The notes: generated by a model from the letters alone, not told the origin. 58,518 nucleotides of DNA from Alphaproteobacteria bacterium (GCA_013289145.1 JABDAM010000006.1:1-58518), one strand, 5' to 3'. Positions 44,609 to 54,581 are shown, counted from the stretch's first letter. Numbers and translations: made by a program.

Positions 44609-45862
44609 TCAAACGTCCTGGAAATCCAGGTTCTTGCCGAATGTTTCCTGCAAGCGTGCCAGCGCGATAAAGGCGATGAAAATCATCACGCCAATCACGG
44701 TGAGGCCGCTGTACGTCACGCCCAGATGCGGGGTTAAAGCCTGAAAGGCGATGGTATAGGGAACTGTCAGGCCGCGCACGAAATTTGGCGCACAGGTGGC
44801 GGCGGTGGCGCGGATGTTGGTGCCGAATTGCTCTGCGCCGATTTGGATGAACATGCACCAATAACCCATGCCGATACCGAGAAGGCTGCACATCAGATAA
44901 TAAACCGCGAGATCATTGAGGCGGCCTGCGAAGACATAAAGGGCGACACTCGCGGCCAGCCATAAAATCCATATCGCCACGGCCTTTTTGCGGCTTTTGA
45001 GTTTTTGGCTGAGCAGGCCGATGCATAACGCGCCAATTGAGCCGCCGATGTAAAAAGCCAATGTGGCATTCGCGGCGGTGGGAATGACCGTCATGCCTAA
45101 GGCCTTGGCAAATTCGGGCGTAAAGGTGATCAGCAGGCCGTTCACCGCCCAAACCGGCGCGCCGACCCAAACGACTTTCAGAAACCGGCGCAGGAGTTTT
45201 AAGTTACGGAAGAAAATCATCACATTACCGCGCGCGATATCGGGAGCATCGTTCATGAGTTTTTCATGCAATGCGGACTCTGCCACATTTACGCGCATAA
45301 CCAATAATAGCAGGCCGATGACGCCGCCCGTAATGTAGGCAATCCGCCAGTCGGTATAAGCCGCGATGACTACACCGAAAATCACACCCAGTAATCCGAG
45401 GACGGAAATAAACGTCGTGCCGATCCCGCGCAGGCGGGCGGGTAAAAGTTCGGATGCCAGGGTCACGCCCGCGCCGAGCTCGCCTGCCAGGCCAATGCCC
45501 GCAATAAAACGCATGATGGCATAAAGCGGGACGTCATGCACAAAACCATTGGCAATATTCGCGATGGAATAGAGCAGGATCGAGCCGAACAAGACCGAGC
45601 GGCGCCCGATTTTATCGCCCCAAATGCCCCATAAAATCCCGCCGATCAGCAGGCCCGCCATTTGACAGTTGATGAGCAGGATGCCGGTGGAGAGCATATC
45701 TGCGGCGGGAACGCCTAAATCTTTCAGGCTTTGCACACGCACGATGGCAAACAGCGTCAGATCAAAAATATCGACGAAATATCCCAGCGCGGCGACCAGA
45801 ATGGTGAACAATGTAATCGTGGTTATTTGTTCTTCTTTGATTGCCGTTTTGATGCCGAACAT
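44609..45862 (-). CDS. MFS transporter
   Basis: 417 aa with 12 hydrophobic segments. GDKIGRRSVL is the MFS loop 2-3 signature. Confidence 0.85.
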   Translation of the reverse strand: MFGIKTAIKEEQITTITLFTILVAALGYFVDIFDLTLFAIVRVQSLKDLGVPAADMLSTGILLINCQMAGLLIGGILWGIWGDKIGRRSVLFGSILLYSIANIANGFVHDVPLYAIMRFIAGIGLAGELGAGVTLASELLPARLRGIGTTFISVLGLLGVIFGVVIAAYTDWRIAYITGGVIGLLLLVMRVNVAESALHEKLMNDAPDIARGNVMIFFRNLKLLRRFLKVVWVGAPVWAVNGLLITFTPEFAKALGMTVIPTAANATLAFYIGGSIGALCIGLLSQKLKSRKKAVAIWILWLAASVALYVFAGRLNDLAVYYLMCSLLGIGMGYWCMFIQIGAEQFGTNIRATAATCAPNFVRGLTVPYTIAFQALTPHLGVTYSGLTVIGVMIFIAFIALARLQETFGKNLDFQDV

Positions 45863-46980
45863 TATGCGCGCATCGGCATGAGGACGTAGATGCCGCTGGC
45901 GTCACTGGCGTCCTGCACGATGGCGGGTTGAGAGCCGTCGGAGATACGCAGTTGGCAGGCTTCGCCGTCGATTTGGCCGGTGATGTCTTGCAAATAGCGC
46001 GCGTTAAAGCCGATTTCGATGGGCGGCCCGTCATAGCGGACTTCGATTTCCTCAACCGCGCTGCCGGATTCGGCGGATGATGCGGTCAGGACCATTGTCT
46101 GGCCGTCGACGTTGCATTTGATGATGCGGGTTTTGTCGGAGGCAACGGTGGAAACACGGTCAACGGCGGCAAGGAAGGCGCGCGTGTTGATTTCCAGGAT
46201 GTTATCATTCGCTTGCGGAATGGCTTTTTCGTAATCGGGATATTTGCCGTCGATGAGTTTTGATGTCAGGCGCAGGTTGCCGAATTTGAATTGCACCTTG
46301 GTATCGGACAAGGAAACTTCAACCGGGCTGTTATCTTCATCGAGCAGGCGGCGCAGTTCCGTCACAGTCTTGCGCGGGATAATCACGCCAGGAATTTCCG
46401 CCGCGCCTTCGGGCAATGGCATATCCACGCGTGCCAAGCGGTGGCCGTCGGTGGCGACGGTGCGCAGCACGGCAACATTGCCCGCGCGGGCGGCGTGCAA
46501 ATACATGCCGTTGAGGTAATAACGCGTTTCCTCCATCGACATCGCAAAACGCGCGCGGTCGATGAGGTTGCGGAGTTCCGACGCGGCCAGCGTGAATTTG
46601 CGCGTGAAATCATTACTCGCGATCTGCGGGAAATCCGACACAGGCAGGCAGCCGAGTTTGAAGTTCGAACGGCCCGACGATACCGTAATCACCGGCGAAT
46701 TCGCCGCCAGGGCAATTTCCACCTGGCTGCCGTCCGGCAATTTGCGCACGATGTCGTACAGCGTATGCGCGGGCGCGGTGGCGGAGCCGGATTTGGACAC
46801 CGTTGCGGGCACGGTTTCAATGATCTGAATATCCATATCCGTCGCGGAAATAGACAGATTTTGCCCATCAGCCTGAAGCAGTAAGTTGGACAGGATGGGA
46901 ATGGTATTCCGCCGCTCCACCACGCTTTGCGTATGGGCGAGGGTTTTGACGAGTGCGTTACGGTCTATGACGAGTTTCAT
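45862..46980 (-). CDS. dnaN: DNA polymerase III subunit beta (sliding clamp)
   Basis: 372 aa. MKLVIDRNALVKTLAHTQSVVERRNTIPILSNLLL, ending MPMRA. Confidence 0.95.
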   Translation of the reverse strand: MKLVIDRNALVKTLAHTQSVVERRNTIPILSNLLLQADGQNLSISATDMDIQIIETVPATVSKSGSATAPAHTLYDIVRKLPDGSQVEIALAANSPVITVSSGRSNFKLGCLPVSDFPQIASNDFTRKFTLAASELRNLIDRARFAMSMEETRYYLNGMYLHAARAGNVAVLRTVATDGHRLARVDMPLPEGAAEIPGVIIPRKTVTELRRLLDEDNSPVEVSLSDTKVQFKFGNLRLTSKLIDGKYPDYEKAIPQANDNILEINTRAFLAAVDRVSTVASDKTRIIKCNVDGQTMVLTASSAESGSAVEEIEVRYDGPPIEIGFNARYLQDITGQIDGEACQLRISDGSQPAIVQDASDASGIYVLMPMRA

Positions 46981-47161
46981 CCGGGCGGCCTTTCAGGCGG
47001 AAATCCCTGCTTTTTTGCCGGATTTTTGTGCGGGGAGCAAGGGGGAACGAGTATTTTACGTCCTATAAGACTTACTAAATTAAGGTTGTGGAGGGGCAGA
47101 TCCCCTCGCTGCAATCAGGCATAAGGCCAGAAGGTAAGTCGCCTGAAATCAGAATGCAAAA

Positions 47162-48274
47162 TTATAGGGGGGCGCTTTCATTTCTGCGAGAAGGGCCGAT
47201 TTTAAAATGACGACGCGGGATAAGTCCGTTTGCTTTGCTTTTAATATCTTTATCCGCATATGGCGATTTTAAAATTATGCGGGCCATGGCTGTTTTTTCA
47301 TCCGGCTCACATTGTTCAGCCGTATAAAGTAAAAGATTCAACACCCTGGATTTTTCTGTTTGCGGTTCAGGTTTAGAGGCCAATGCCGTAATGATATTTC
47401 GGCAGGCTGGCAGGCGCAGCTCTTTATTATAAGAGGCCATTCGGATGGCCGCAGCTTTTAAAACTTCAATCCCCGCCGCGGGAGATTCAAGAATATTTTG
47501 AATAGCAGGCAATTTCTGCGCGGGGTCATAATGTTCAGCTCGATAAAGCAAGGTTTCCAAGGTATCCGTATTTTCTGCCCCTGCCTCTGCCTTTGTTTTC
47601 GTCTCAAGAAAAGCAATAATGGCTCGCGTGCTTGGTAACTGGTTTTCCGGAGCGTAGGATGGAGCCGTTAACGCCAAACTTTTTATCACATCATAATCGA
47701 CCAATGGCGATTGCAAAACATAATTTACAACCTCTAATTGATGGCCTGGAGCATAATTCTTAACATTCACCGCAACGGTATCTAGCGTCTGACGATTAGC
47801 TTGCGGAGATGAAATGATCGCTTGGGTGATCGCCAGCTCATGATCTTTCACATAAGAAGAATTACAGAAACTAAGAATGGGACAAATAGCAATCAGCTCT
47901 TTCCAAGCAAGCTCTAAGCCTTCAAAGGCAGATTGACGATCGCCGACGCATACACTCATCGAATTTAACATCTCGGCAGTGACGTAAGGCGATTGAGCAA
48001 TCGCTGTCACCAATGGCAACTGAACATCTGCGCTGTATGCAGGGGCGAAAAGATACAGGACGTTTAATATCTCGGGGCTTACTTCGGTGGATTGGATTAA
48101 ATCCAGGAAAAAAACAGATATGCCATTTTTCACTTCTTCAGAAACGTTCGAAGCTAAAAGCGCGATAGCCAGAATGGATACTGCGACGTCGTCGGATAGG
48201 GTGACGTCACCCGCTGAATTTTCCTGTTTCACCTTATCAAGAATTTGCCGAACTTCTTTTGCGGACCGTGCCAT
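47162..48274 (-). CDS. hypothetical helical-repeat protein (about 7 degenerate 35-40-aa repeats)
   Basis: 370 aa, AT-rich. Recurring unit [AN]xxYxPxxxLPxxxxIIxSPxxxxxxL, for example APAYSADVQLPLVTAIAQSPYV, VKNYAPGHQLEVVNYVLQSPLV and AEHYDPAQKLPAIQNILESPAA. Confidence 0.55.
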   Translation of the reverse strand: MARSAKEVRQILDKVKQENSAGDVTLSDDVAVSILAIALLASNVSEEVKNGISVFFLDLIQSTEVSPEILNVLYLFAPAYSADVQLPLVTAIAQSPYVTAEMLNSMSVCVGDRQSAFEGLELAWKELIAICPILSFCNSSYVKDHELAITQAIISSPQANRQTLDTVAVNVKNYAPGHQLEVVNYVLQSPLVDYDVIKSLALTAPSYAPENQLPSTRAIIAFLETKTKAEAGAENTDTLETLLYRAEHYDPAQKLPAIQNILESPAAGIEVLKAAAIRMASYNKELRLPACRNIITALASKPEPQTEKSRVLNLLLYTAEQCEPDEKTAMARIILKSPYADKDIKSKANGLIPRRHFKIGPSRRNESAPL

Positions 48275-48463
48275 TTTGCGCCTCTAAATATTGACTGTGC
48301 CAAGGTACCATATGCCACCTTAAAAAACCAAGTTAATTTGTATTTTTATAGTCTTTTCAATAACTTGCTATCGAAACCGCTCGTCTGGCAGCGGGGCTGT
48401 TCGGAATTTAGTTGATTTTAAAGACCAAAAAGAGCAATATAATTATATTACAAGGTGTAAATT

Positions 48464-49261
48464 ATGGAATCTCAACACATTTATATGGCCTTACAGATAA
48501 TTCAAAGCTGGGACCAAGAAGGTAATTGGGAACCGTCCTCCGATTATCTGCGCAATGCAAAGAGACTGCACATTAAACCAGATATTCCCAATACGTATGA
48601 GGTATTGGCGCGCGATAAAGCCGGTAGCGCAGGCTTTATTACTGAGTTTGAGTCTGATGATTTGATCGAGCTGGACTGTAAAATTCTGGATCTTGCGATG
48701 GAACTTTTAAAATCTCCCAACCGCTCAAAAGCCAGACTTCATATTAATCTTGAGCCTAGCACGGTCATGAGTGACAGATTTCCAGAATATTTGGCCAAGT
48801 TAAAAGGCAGCCGCCGTTATAAGGAATGGCTTGTGATCGAAATAACAGAAAGATCCGTGCCCGATGCGCAGATTGATGAATTACGCAATCGCGTGAGTGA
48901 GATATATGATGTGGGTTTCGCGATTGCGTTGGATGATTATTCCATTCAAGCACCGGCGCCTCATCATAAAGCCCTATGGCCCATGGCATCGACCGTTAAA
49001 GTGGATATGGTGGAATTATACAATGCAGGTTTAGACAAAATGGATCCGTTCAATGCGGCGGCTGCGGACAAAACCGTTGTTGTGGAGCGTATTGAGAAAC
49101 GCGAGGAGAAAAGGGCTATAGAGGCCCTAAAGACGCAGGACATTATGCTCCAAGGCTATTTCTTTGGCCGCCCGGAAATTATGCCGGACTTTTCAGCGCA
49201 GCTTCCTCGTTCAGCTCGGCCAAATCAGGAAGCGGGCAATACTAAGAAATATATACTTTAA
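48464..49261 (+). CDS. stand-alone EAL domain protein (putative c-di-GMP phosphodiesterase)
   Basis: 265 aa. EVLAR, INLEP, EITE, ALDDY, VKVD, VERIE and QGYFFGRP follow the order of the EAL-domain signature motifs. Confidence 0.75.
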   Translation: MESQHIYMALQIIQSWDQEGNWEPSSDYLRNAKRLHIKPDIPNTYEVLARDKAGSAGFITEFESDDLIELDCKILDLAMELLKSPNRSKARLHINLEPSTVMSDRFPEYLAKLKGSRRYKEWLVIEITERSVPDAQIDELRNRVSEIYDVGFAIALDDYSIQAPAPHHKALWPMASTVKVDMVELYNAGLDKMDPFNAAAADKTVVVERIEKREEKRAIEALKTQDIMLQGYFFGRPEIMPDFSAQLPRSARPNQEAGNTKKYIL

Positions 49262-49276
49262 GCAAAAAATAATTCA

Positions 49277-50032
49277 TCACCACCGGAACCGTTCACCCAA
49301 ATAAACGCGGCGGACTTCGGGATCATTGGTGATTTCTTCGGGGGTGCCATGCATCAAAACATGGCCGTCGTGGATGATGTAGGCGCGGTCGACGATGCCC
49401 AGCATATCACGCACGTTGTGGTCGGTGATGAGGACGCCGATGTCGCGGCGTTTCAGGTGGACGATGAGTTCGCGAATGTCGTTCACCGCGATGGGATCGA
49501 TACCTGCCAGCGGTTCGTCGAGCAAAATAAAATTCGGTTGGGCGGCAAGGCAGCGGGCGATCTCGGTACGGCGGCGTTCACCGCCTGACAGGGACATGGC
49601 CTTGCTGGCGCGCAGATGGGTCAGGTTAAATTCTTTCAGCAGATCTTCGAGTTGTGCTTCGCGCAAGGTGGCGTCGGGCTGTGCCACTTCCAGCACCGAT
49701 AAAATATTTTCTGCAACGGTGAGCTGGCGGAACACGCTCGCTTCCTGCGGCAGGTAGCCGAGGCCGAGGCGCGCACGGCGGTACATGGGCAATTCGGTGA
49801 TGTTTTGATTATCCATGATAATCTCACCGCCGTCGGATTTGATCAGGCCGGTGATGCAATAAAAACAGGTCGTCTTCCCTGCGCCGTTGGGGCCGAGCAG
49901 GCCTACCGCTTCGCCGCGTTCCAGGCGCATGGAAACATCGCGCACCACGAGGCGGCCGCCGTAGGATTTACGCAGATTATTGGCGACAAGGCCTTGCAGG
50001 CCTGTGTTGCTGGAGACGATTTGCAGCGCCAT
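49277..50032 (-). CDS. lptB: LPS export ABC transporter ATP-binding protein LptB
   Basis: 251 aa. GLLGPNGAGKTT, LSGGERRRTEIAR and ILLDEP. Confidence 0.92.
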   Translation of the reverse strand: MALQIVSSNTGLQGLVANNLRKSYGGRLVVRDVSMRLERGEAVGLLGPNGAGKTTCFYCITGLIKSDGGEIIMDNQNITELPMYRRARLGLGYLPQEASVFRQLTVAENILSVLEVAQPDATLREAQLEDLLKEFNLTHLRASKAMSLSGGERRRTEIARCLAAQPNFILLDEPLAGIDPIAVNDIRELIVHLKRRDIGVLITDHNVRDMLGIVDRAYIIHDGHVLMHGTPEEITNDPEVRRVYLGERFRW

Positions 50033-50160
50033 GCCGTTAAACTATTCCGATAATGCGCGTTGGGCAATGGTTTGATAAAGTTCTTTGGAGCCCGGGCCGT
50101 ATCCCTTCGGCCAGGCAACCGTTATTACCTGGCCCAAAGGGTGGAAAAAATCTGCAGAGT

Positions 50161-50655
50161 TTAAAGGGTTTTCGCCGGAGGTTTGGGCTGCGGTCTCACC
50201 GCCGCTTTTCGCGCTCTTTCACGGGCGACCTCGCGACTCTTGTTAATTCTTTCATTCGCGACTACGCCGATCAGCCCCAGGGCAAGCGTTACGCCTGCCG
50301 CATAAAAGCCGTTTCTGGTGTTAAAAGTATCTCCTGAATTTTTAACTAAATAACCGCTTGCCATAAAAGCGGCTGCCGCGGTTAGAAAAAACGCCATAAA
50401 TTTCCGCATTTCTTTGGTGCCCGGAGGCGGCGGCGTGTTAACCTTGGTTTTGACCGGATCAGCGGCGACGGGCGCTTGCCGTTGTATGGGCTGGATAGGG
50501 CGCGCTTGTCCGGGCGGGGGGGAAATCGTGGTAGACGACAGGATTGTTACCCCTCCTGTGTCATGGTCTTTGATCAGTCCACTCTGCAGTAGTCGTTGTT
50601 CGTCAGCATATATATCTTCTGGCGTTTTTGGGCGGGGAGCGGGCTCATTGCTCAT
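50161..50655 (-). CDS. hypothetical membrane protein (Pro-rich N-terminus, two TM helices)
   Basis: 164-aa ORF sitting between lptA and lptB. No family recognised. Confidence 0.5.
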   Translation of the reverse strand: MSNEPAPRPKTPEDIYADEQRLLQSGLIKDHDTGGVTILSSTTISPPPGQARPIQPIQRQAPVAADPVKTKVNTPPPPGTKEMRKFMAFFLTAAAAFMASGYLVKNSGDTFNTRNGFYAAGVTLALGLIGVVANERINKSREVARERARKAAVRPQPKPPAKTL

Positions 50656-50750
50656 TTGAATTACCTTTCTGTGTTTGGAATGGAAGTATCTGTCCTGACT
50701 AGTACCAAAAATACATACCTTCTGTCAAGATTTTCTAAACCGTCCCGATT

Positions 50751-51572
50751 CTAACGATTTTGGTATAAAATCGCCCGCACCCGGTGATCGGGGGAGGCTG
50801 GGTTGGTGCTGGGCAACAGGCGCGACAGGCCGGAATTCATATCAATTTCCGCGCGGTCGCCGTTCATCTGATTTTGGCCGCGGGAGAGGCGGACGTTGCC
50901 GGTCAGAAGGGCGGTATTATGCTGGGCGTCGTAAAAAGCCGTGTCGGACATGGACACGCTGGGGTTCGGTGTGCCAATGCCCGTCGTAATCACAACATGG
51001 CCCGTCGCTGTGCCGGTTTGCAATTCCCAATTACCTGTTTGGTCCTTCACGAATTGCCCCTCCAGTTTATCCGACACCAATTTGCGGTCGGGGCGCGTCA
51101 TGACGGGTGAGCCGACGGCAAAGGCCTTGCCGGTTTTATCGTTGAATTGGATTTGTTGCTGCGCGGAAATCGTTTCGCCTTTGACCGTGGTGATTTTTAA
51201 ATCCTGCCCGGTCAAATCCATATCGCCCGTGACCATATTATATTGCCCGTGCGGCGCGGTGGCGATGGAGCCGTTGTCGTTGATGATGACATGGCCGCTC
51301 GCTTCTAGGAATTGAATTTCATTCTGGCCATTTTGTTCGACGTAATGCGCGATCAATTCATCGCCTTTGACATTCAAAGCGCCGCGCGTGGCCGAGGCAT
51401 CGCCGATGGCGTGATAGGTTTTATCGGATTGTTGCCAGATCAGGCTGCCCGATGCCTCGATTTGGATCGGTTCTTTGGATGGAGCGGAATTATTTTGCGC
51501 CGCCGGGTAGGTTTGCTGGGCCAGCGCCGGTGTTGCCAGCAGGAGCAGCGGCAGAATGATCAGTCGTTTCAT
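50751..51572 (-). CDS. lptA: LPS transport periplasmic protein LptA (OstA-like)
   Basis: Signal peptide MKRLIILPLLLLATPALAQ and an OstA-type beta-jellyroll repeat pattern. Upstream ATGs at 51578 and 51584 are alternative starts. Confidence 0.8.
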   Translation of the reverse strand: MKRLIILPLLLLATPALAQQTYPAAQNNSAPSKEPIQIEASGSLIWQQSDKTYHAIGDASATRGALNVKGDELIAHYVEQNGQNEIQFLEASGHVIINDNGSIATAPHGQYNMVTGDMDLTGQDLKITTVKGETISAQQQIQFNDKTGKAFAVGSPVMTRPDRKLVSDKLEGQFVKDQTGNWELQTGTATGHVVITTGIGTPNPSVSMSDTAFYDAQHNTALLTGNVRLSRGQNQMNGDRAEIDMNSGLSRLLPSTNPASPDHRVRAILYQNR

Positions 51573-52146
51573 TGTCATTTCCATGCAGGATCAGTTTCGC
51601 AGGCCCGGTAAAGGTAAGCAAGCCTGTGATGTGGTTATAGGTAAATCCATTGGCGGTCAGGCTGAATTTGGGGCCATCGCCGGTGATAGCGTCCTTGCCC
51701 GCGATTTCTTTGGTTTTCAAATTCACGTCGGCGGCATCGGTGGTAAAGGTATCGCCATTGGGCGTAATCATCATCACATCGTGCGCCAGCACCAAGAATT
51801 GGTCTTTGCTGTTATAAATACCGTCTTTGGCCTGGACTTTGGAGCCCAACGTACCGTCCGGTTTTTCCAGCTGCGCGGCGGGTGCGATGAGGGTGACGTG
51901 ATCCGCATCAGCACGCACCTGAATCGCGCGCTCGGCGGTCAGGACATAACGCTGGCCGTCTTTTTCCTTGCCTTCGTAATGCGGGTTCACCAATTCGGTG
52001 CGGTCGCCGCGGATGATGGCCTTGTCCACATGCGGCATGCGAATGCGTGAGATCGTGGGCCACATGAAAAATAAGATCAGCAGCAGCGCGCCGATGGCGG
52101 GGATGATGATGCGCAGGGTGCGGATGACAGAGGAATAGGAAGGCAT
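51490..52146 (-). CDS. lptC: LPS export system protein LptC
   Basis: 218 aa. A single N-terminal TM helix followed by a beta-rich domain, located upstream of lptA. Its tail overlaps the lptA start by about 80-95 nt. Confidence 0.7.
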   Translation of the reverse strand: MPSYSSVIRTLRIIIPAIGALLLILFFMWPTISRIRMPHVDKAIIRGDRTELVNPHYEGKEKDGQRYVLTAERAIQVRADADHVTLIAPAAQLEKPDGTLGSKVQAKDGIYNSKDQFLVLAHDVMMITPNGDTFTTDAADVNLKTKEIAGKDAITGDGPKFSLTANGFTYNHITGLLTFTGPAKLILHGNDNETTDHSAAAPAGNTGAGPANLPGGAK

Positions 52147-52237
52147 TGGGAGTACAAAATAATAAATACGTTTACAGCGCCCAGTTTACCAGCAAATAAT
52201 TTGGAATTACAATTCTATACCGGATTACAAACCATTA

Positions 52238-52798
52238 TTAATTTGGCTTTGCCCCAAGAAGGGCGGCAAAATCTACGCTTCCTACAGGGGTTCCCGAAAC
52301 CAAGTATTTTTGTAAAGCTGTTACAGCATCACGTTTTTCAGTCGAATCTACGATAGGTCTTGCTAATTCATCAATGCCAAGACGCACAATCATCGAACGT
52401 TGATCCTCCGCGCATAGTTCAATATTCTCTGCAAGGCCTTTAAGCGCATCAAGACGTTCACCCTCCATTTTCGGAAGTCCGGCCTTGATTGCCTTTCTAA
52501 CCGCCTCTGCCTGTCTGGTTGGCTCTAAAAGATGCGCATATTGGCAAATTGCCGTCAATCCATGACCGCCTAAGGCTTCAAAGCCTTTGTCATCTCTGAA
52601 TTCCCGAAGATTATCCATGTTGTCTATAAGGCTGGCAGTAACCGCTTGCCGTTGATCTGGTGTGTTTTCAACACTCTTCAAAACAAAACGGACTGCTGCT
52701 GCATCGCTAATTCTATCTATACTGCCGCGAGGGGCATAATCTCCCGAAAGCATGATGGCTTTAATTGGGTCAAGAAAATGAGCAGGGGTGTTGGACAC
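52238..52798 (-). CDS. hypothetical protein (AT-rich orphan, GTG start)
   Basis: 186-aa ORF between kdsD and lptC. No family recognised. Confidence 0.45.
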   Translation of the reverse strand: MSNTPAHFLDPIKAIMLSGDYAPRGSIDRISDAAAVRFVLKSVENTPDQRQAVTASLIDNMDNLREFRDDKGFEALGGHGLTAICQYAHLLEPTRQAEAVRKAIKAGLPKMEGERLDALKGLAENIELCAEDQRSMIVRLGIDELARPIVDSTEKRDAVTALQKYLVSGTPVGSVDFAALLGAKPN

Positions 52799-52890
52799 AA
52801 TGATACCTAATCCTAGTTATTTGTTTCTACAAACTAACATATAGTCTTTAAGGTTTTGTGACAAATCTGAAAAATTTCTGATTTTAAAAA

Positions 52891-53844
52891 CTACGCCACT
52901 CCAGCGCGCAGCAGGTCGTGGATGTGCAGGATGCCTACGGGCGCGCCTTGGGGATCGACGACGAAGAGGGTGGTGATGTTTTTCATCTGCGCGAGCGCCT
53001 CGGCCGCCAGGGCATCGGGGCGCGTTGTGCGCGGCGCGGCGGTCATGATGTTCCCGGCGTGTTCATTCAAAAGATGATCGCTCATATGACGGCGCAGATC
53101 GCCGTCGGTGATGATGCCGGAGAGTTTCTGGTTTTGCACCACGCCGACGCAGCCGAAACCTTTTTCGCTCATCAAAACCAGCACATTTTTCATGCCGGTA
53201 TCGGGCGCGCAGAGCGGCAGGTTGTCCGCACCGTGCATCAGGTCGGAAACTTTGAGCAATTTGCGGCCGAGTTTGCCGCCGGGATGATAATGATTGAATT
53301 GATCCGCCGTGAAACCGCGCGCGGCCATTAATGCGGCGGCGATCGCATCGCCCAGGCCGAGCATCAGCGTGGTGGATGTCATCGGTGCGAGTTCGAGGGG
53401 GCAGGCTTCGGGCAATTTGGGTAACAGCAATGCGATATCCGCATGACGCGACAATTCGGAATCCGTGCCGGATGTGACGGCGATCAATGGAATTTCAAAC
53501 CGGCGCGTATAGGCGATCAAATCCGTCAGCTCATGTGTTTCACCAGAATTGGAGAGCGCCAAAACCAGATCGTCCGCCGTGATCATGCCGAGGTCACCGT
53601 GGCTCGCCTCGCCCGGATGAACGAAATAGGCGGGCGTGCCGGTGGAGGCCAACGTTGCGGCAATCTTGCGTCCCACATGGCCGGATTTGCCCATGCCGGA
53701 GACGATCACACGCCCGCGAATGGATTTTATTTTTTCGATGGCGGTGGTGAAGTTAGAATCTAATTTTTCAGACAGCGTTTTTAATGCATCTGCTTCAGCG
53801 ATAAGAACACGCTTGGCTTCGGAAATAGTTTGTGACGTCACCAT
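52891..53844 (-). CDS. kdsD: arabinose-5-phosphate isomerase (KpsF/GutQ/KdsD family)
   Basis: I use the internal start MVTSQTISEAK at 53844. SIS domain GMGKSGHVGRKIAATLASTGTP plus tandem CBS domains. The longer track ORF reads through intergenic hairpins. Confidence 0.9.
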   Translation of the reverse strand: MVTSQTISEAKRVLIAEADALKTLSEKLDSNFTTAIEKIKSIRGRVIVSGMGKSGHVGRKIAATLASTGTPAYFVHPGEASHGDLGMITADDLVLALSNSGETHELTDLIAYTRRFEIPLIAVTSGTDSELSRHADIALLLPKLPEACPLELAPMTSTTLMLGLGDAIAAALMAARGFTADQFNHYHPGGKLGRKLLKVSDLMHGADNLPLCAPDTGMKNVLVLMSEKGFGCVGVVQNQKLSGIITDGDLRRHMSDHLLNEHAGNIMTAAPRTTRPDALAAEALAQMKNITTLFVVDPQGAPVGILHIHDLLRAGVA

Positions 53845-53856
53845 CACTCCCTCCGA

Positions 53857-53931
53857 CCCGCTTCGCGGGCCACCTTCCCCCTCAAGGGGGAGGAAATATT
53901 TAATCTCGCATCTCGCATCTCGTTTCTTGCC
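53857..53931. repeat. two GC hairpins plus a Rep-B GCGAGA-type copy between rnd and kdsD
   Basis: CCCGC-TTC-GCGGG (53857..53869), CCTTCCCCC-TCAA-GGGGGAGG (53873..53893), then AATCTCGCATCTCGCATCTCGTTTCTTGCC (53902..53931), which is the reverse complement of GGCAAGAAACGAGATGCGAGATGCGAGATT. Confidence 0.65.
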
Positions 53932-53935
53932 TTTA

Positions 53936-54550
53936 TTAATGATGCGCAAAAATATCTTTGCTTTCCCAGCCGGCGAGGTCGAGCATCGCGCGGACGGGGA
54001 GGAATTCAACGCAGGCCTGGAACAAACCCATACGGCCTTCGCGCAGCAGCATGGTATCGAGTTTCTCGCGCAGAGCATGCAGATGCAAAACATCCTGCGC
54101 GGCGTATTCCAACTGTTCGGACGTCAGGCTGTCGTTGCCCCAGTCGGAGGATTGCGCGGTTTTATTCAGATCAATACCGAGGAGTTCTTTGACCAGATCT
54201 TTGAGGCCGTGCCGGTCCGTATAGGTGCGCACCAGGTTGGATGCGATTTTGGTGCAGTAAATCGGATAGGGCAAAACATCCAGCGCGTTTTTAATCGCGG
54301 CCAGATCGAAACGCGCGAAGTGGAAAATTTTTACGACGCTTTCATCGGACAGTAAACGCACCAGGTTCGGCGCGTCGAATTCATGCGGCGAGAAACGCAC
54401 CAGATGCACTTCGCCATTCAGGCCGCGCAATTGCACCATGCACAAACGGTCGCGCGCGTGATTTAGGCCCATGGTTTCCGTATCCACCGCGACGCTTTGC
54501 GGAAAGGTAATATCGCTGGGTAGATCGCCGTGGTGGAGGGTGATGGTCAT
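53936..54550 (-). CDS. rnd: ribonuclease D-like 3'-5' exonuclease (short form)
   Basis: 204 aa. VAVDTETMGL, the DEDD exonuclease motifs, and YAAQDVLHLH. Confidence 0.8.
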   Translation of the reverse strand: MTITLHHGDLPSDITFPQSVAVDTETMGLNHARDRLCMVQLRGLNGEVHLVRFSPHEFDAPNLVRLLSDESVVKIFHFARFDLAAIKNALDVLPYPIYCTKIASNLVRTYTDRHGLKDLVKELLGIDLNKTAQSSDWGNDSLTSEQLEYAAQDVLHLHALREKLDTMLLREGRMGLFQACVEFLPVRAMLDLAGWESKDIFAHH

Positions 54551-54581
54551 GCCCTATTTGTGCGGGAAAGGGCGCGCGAAA

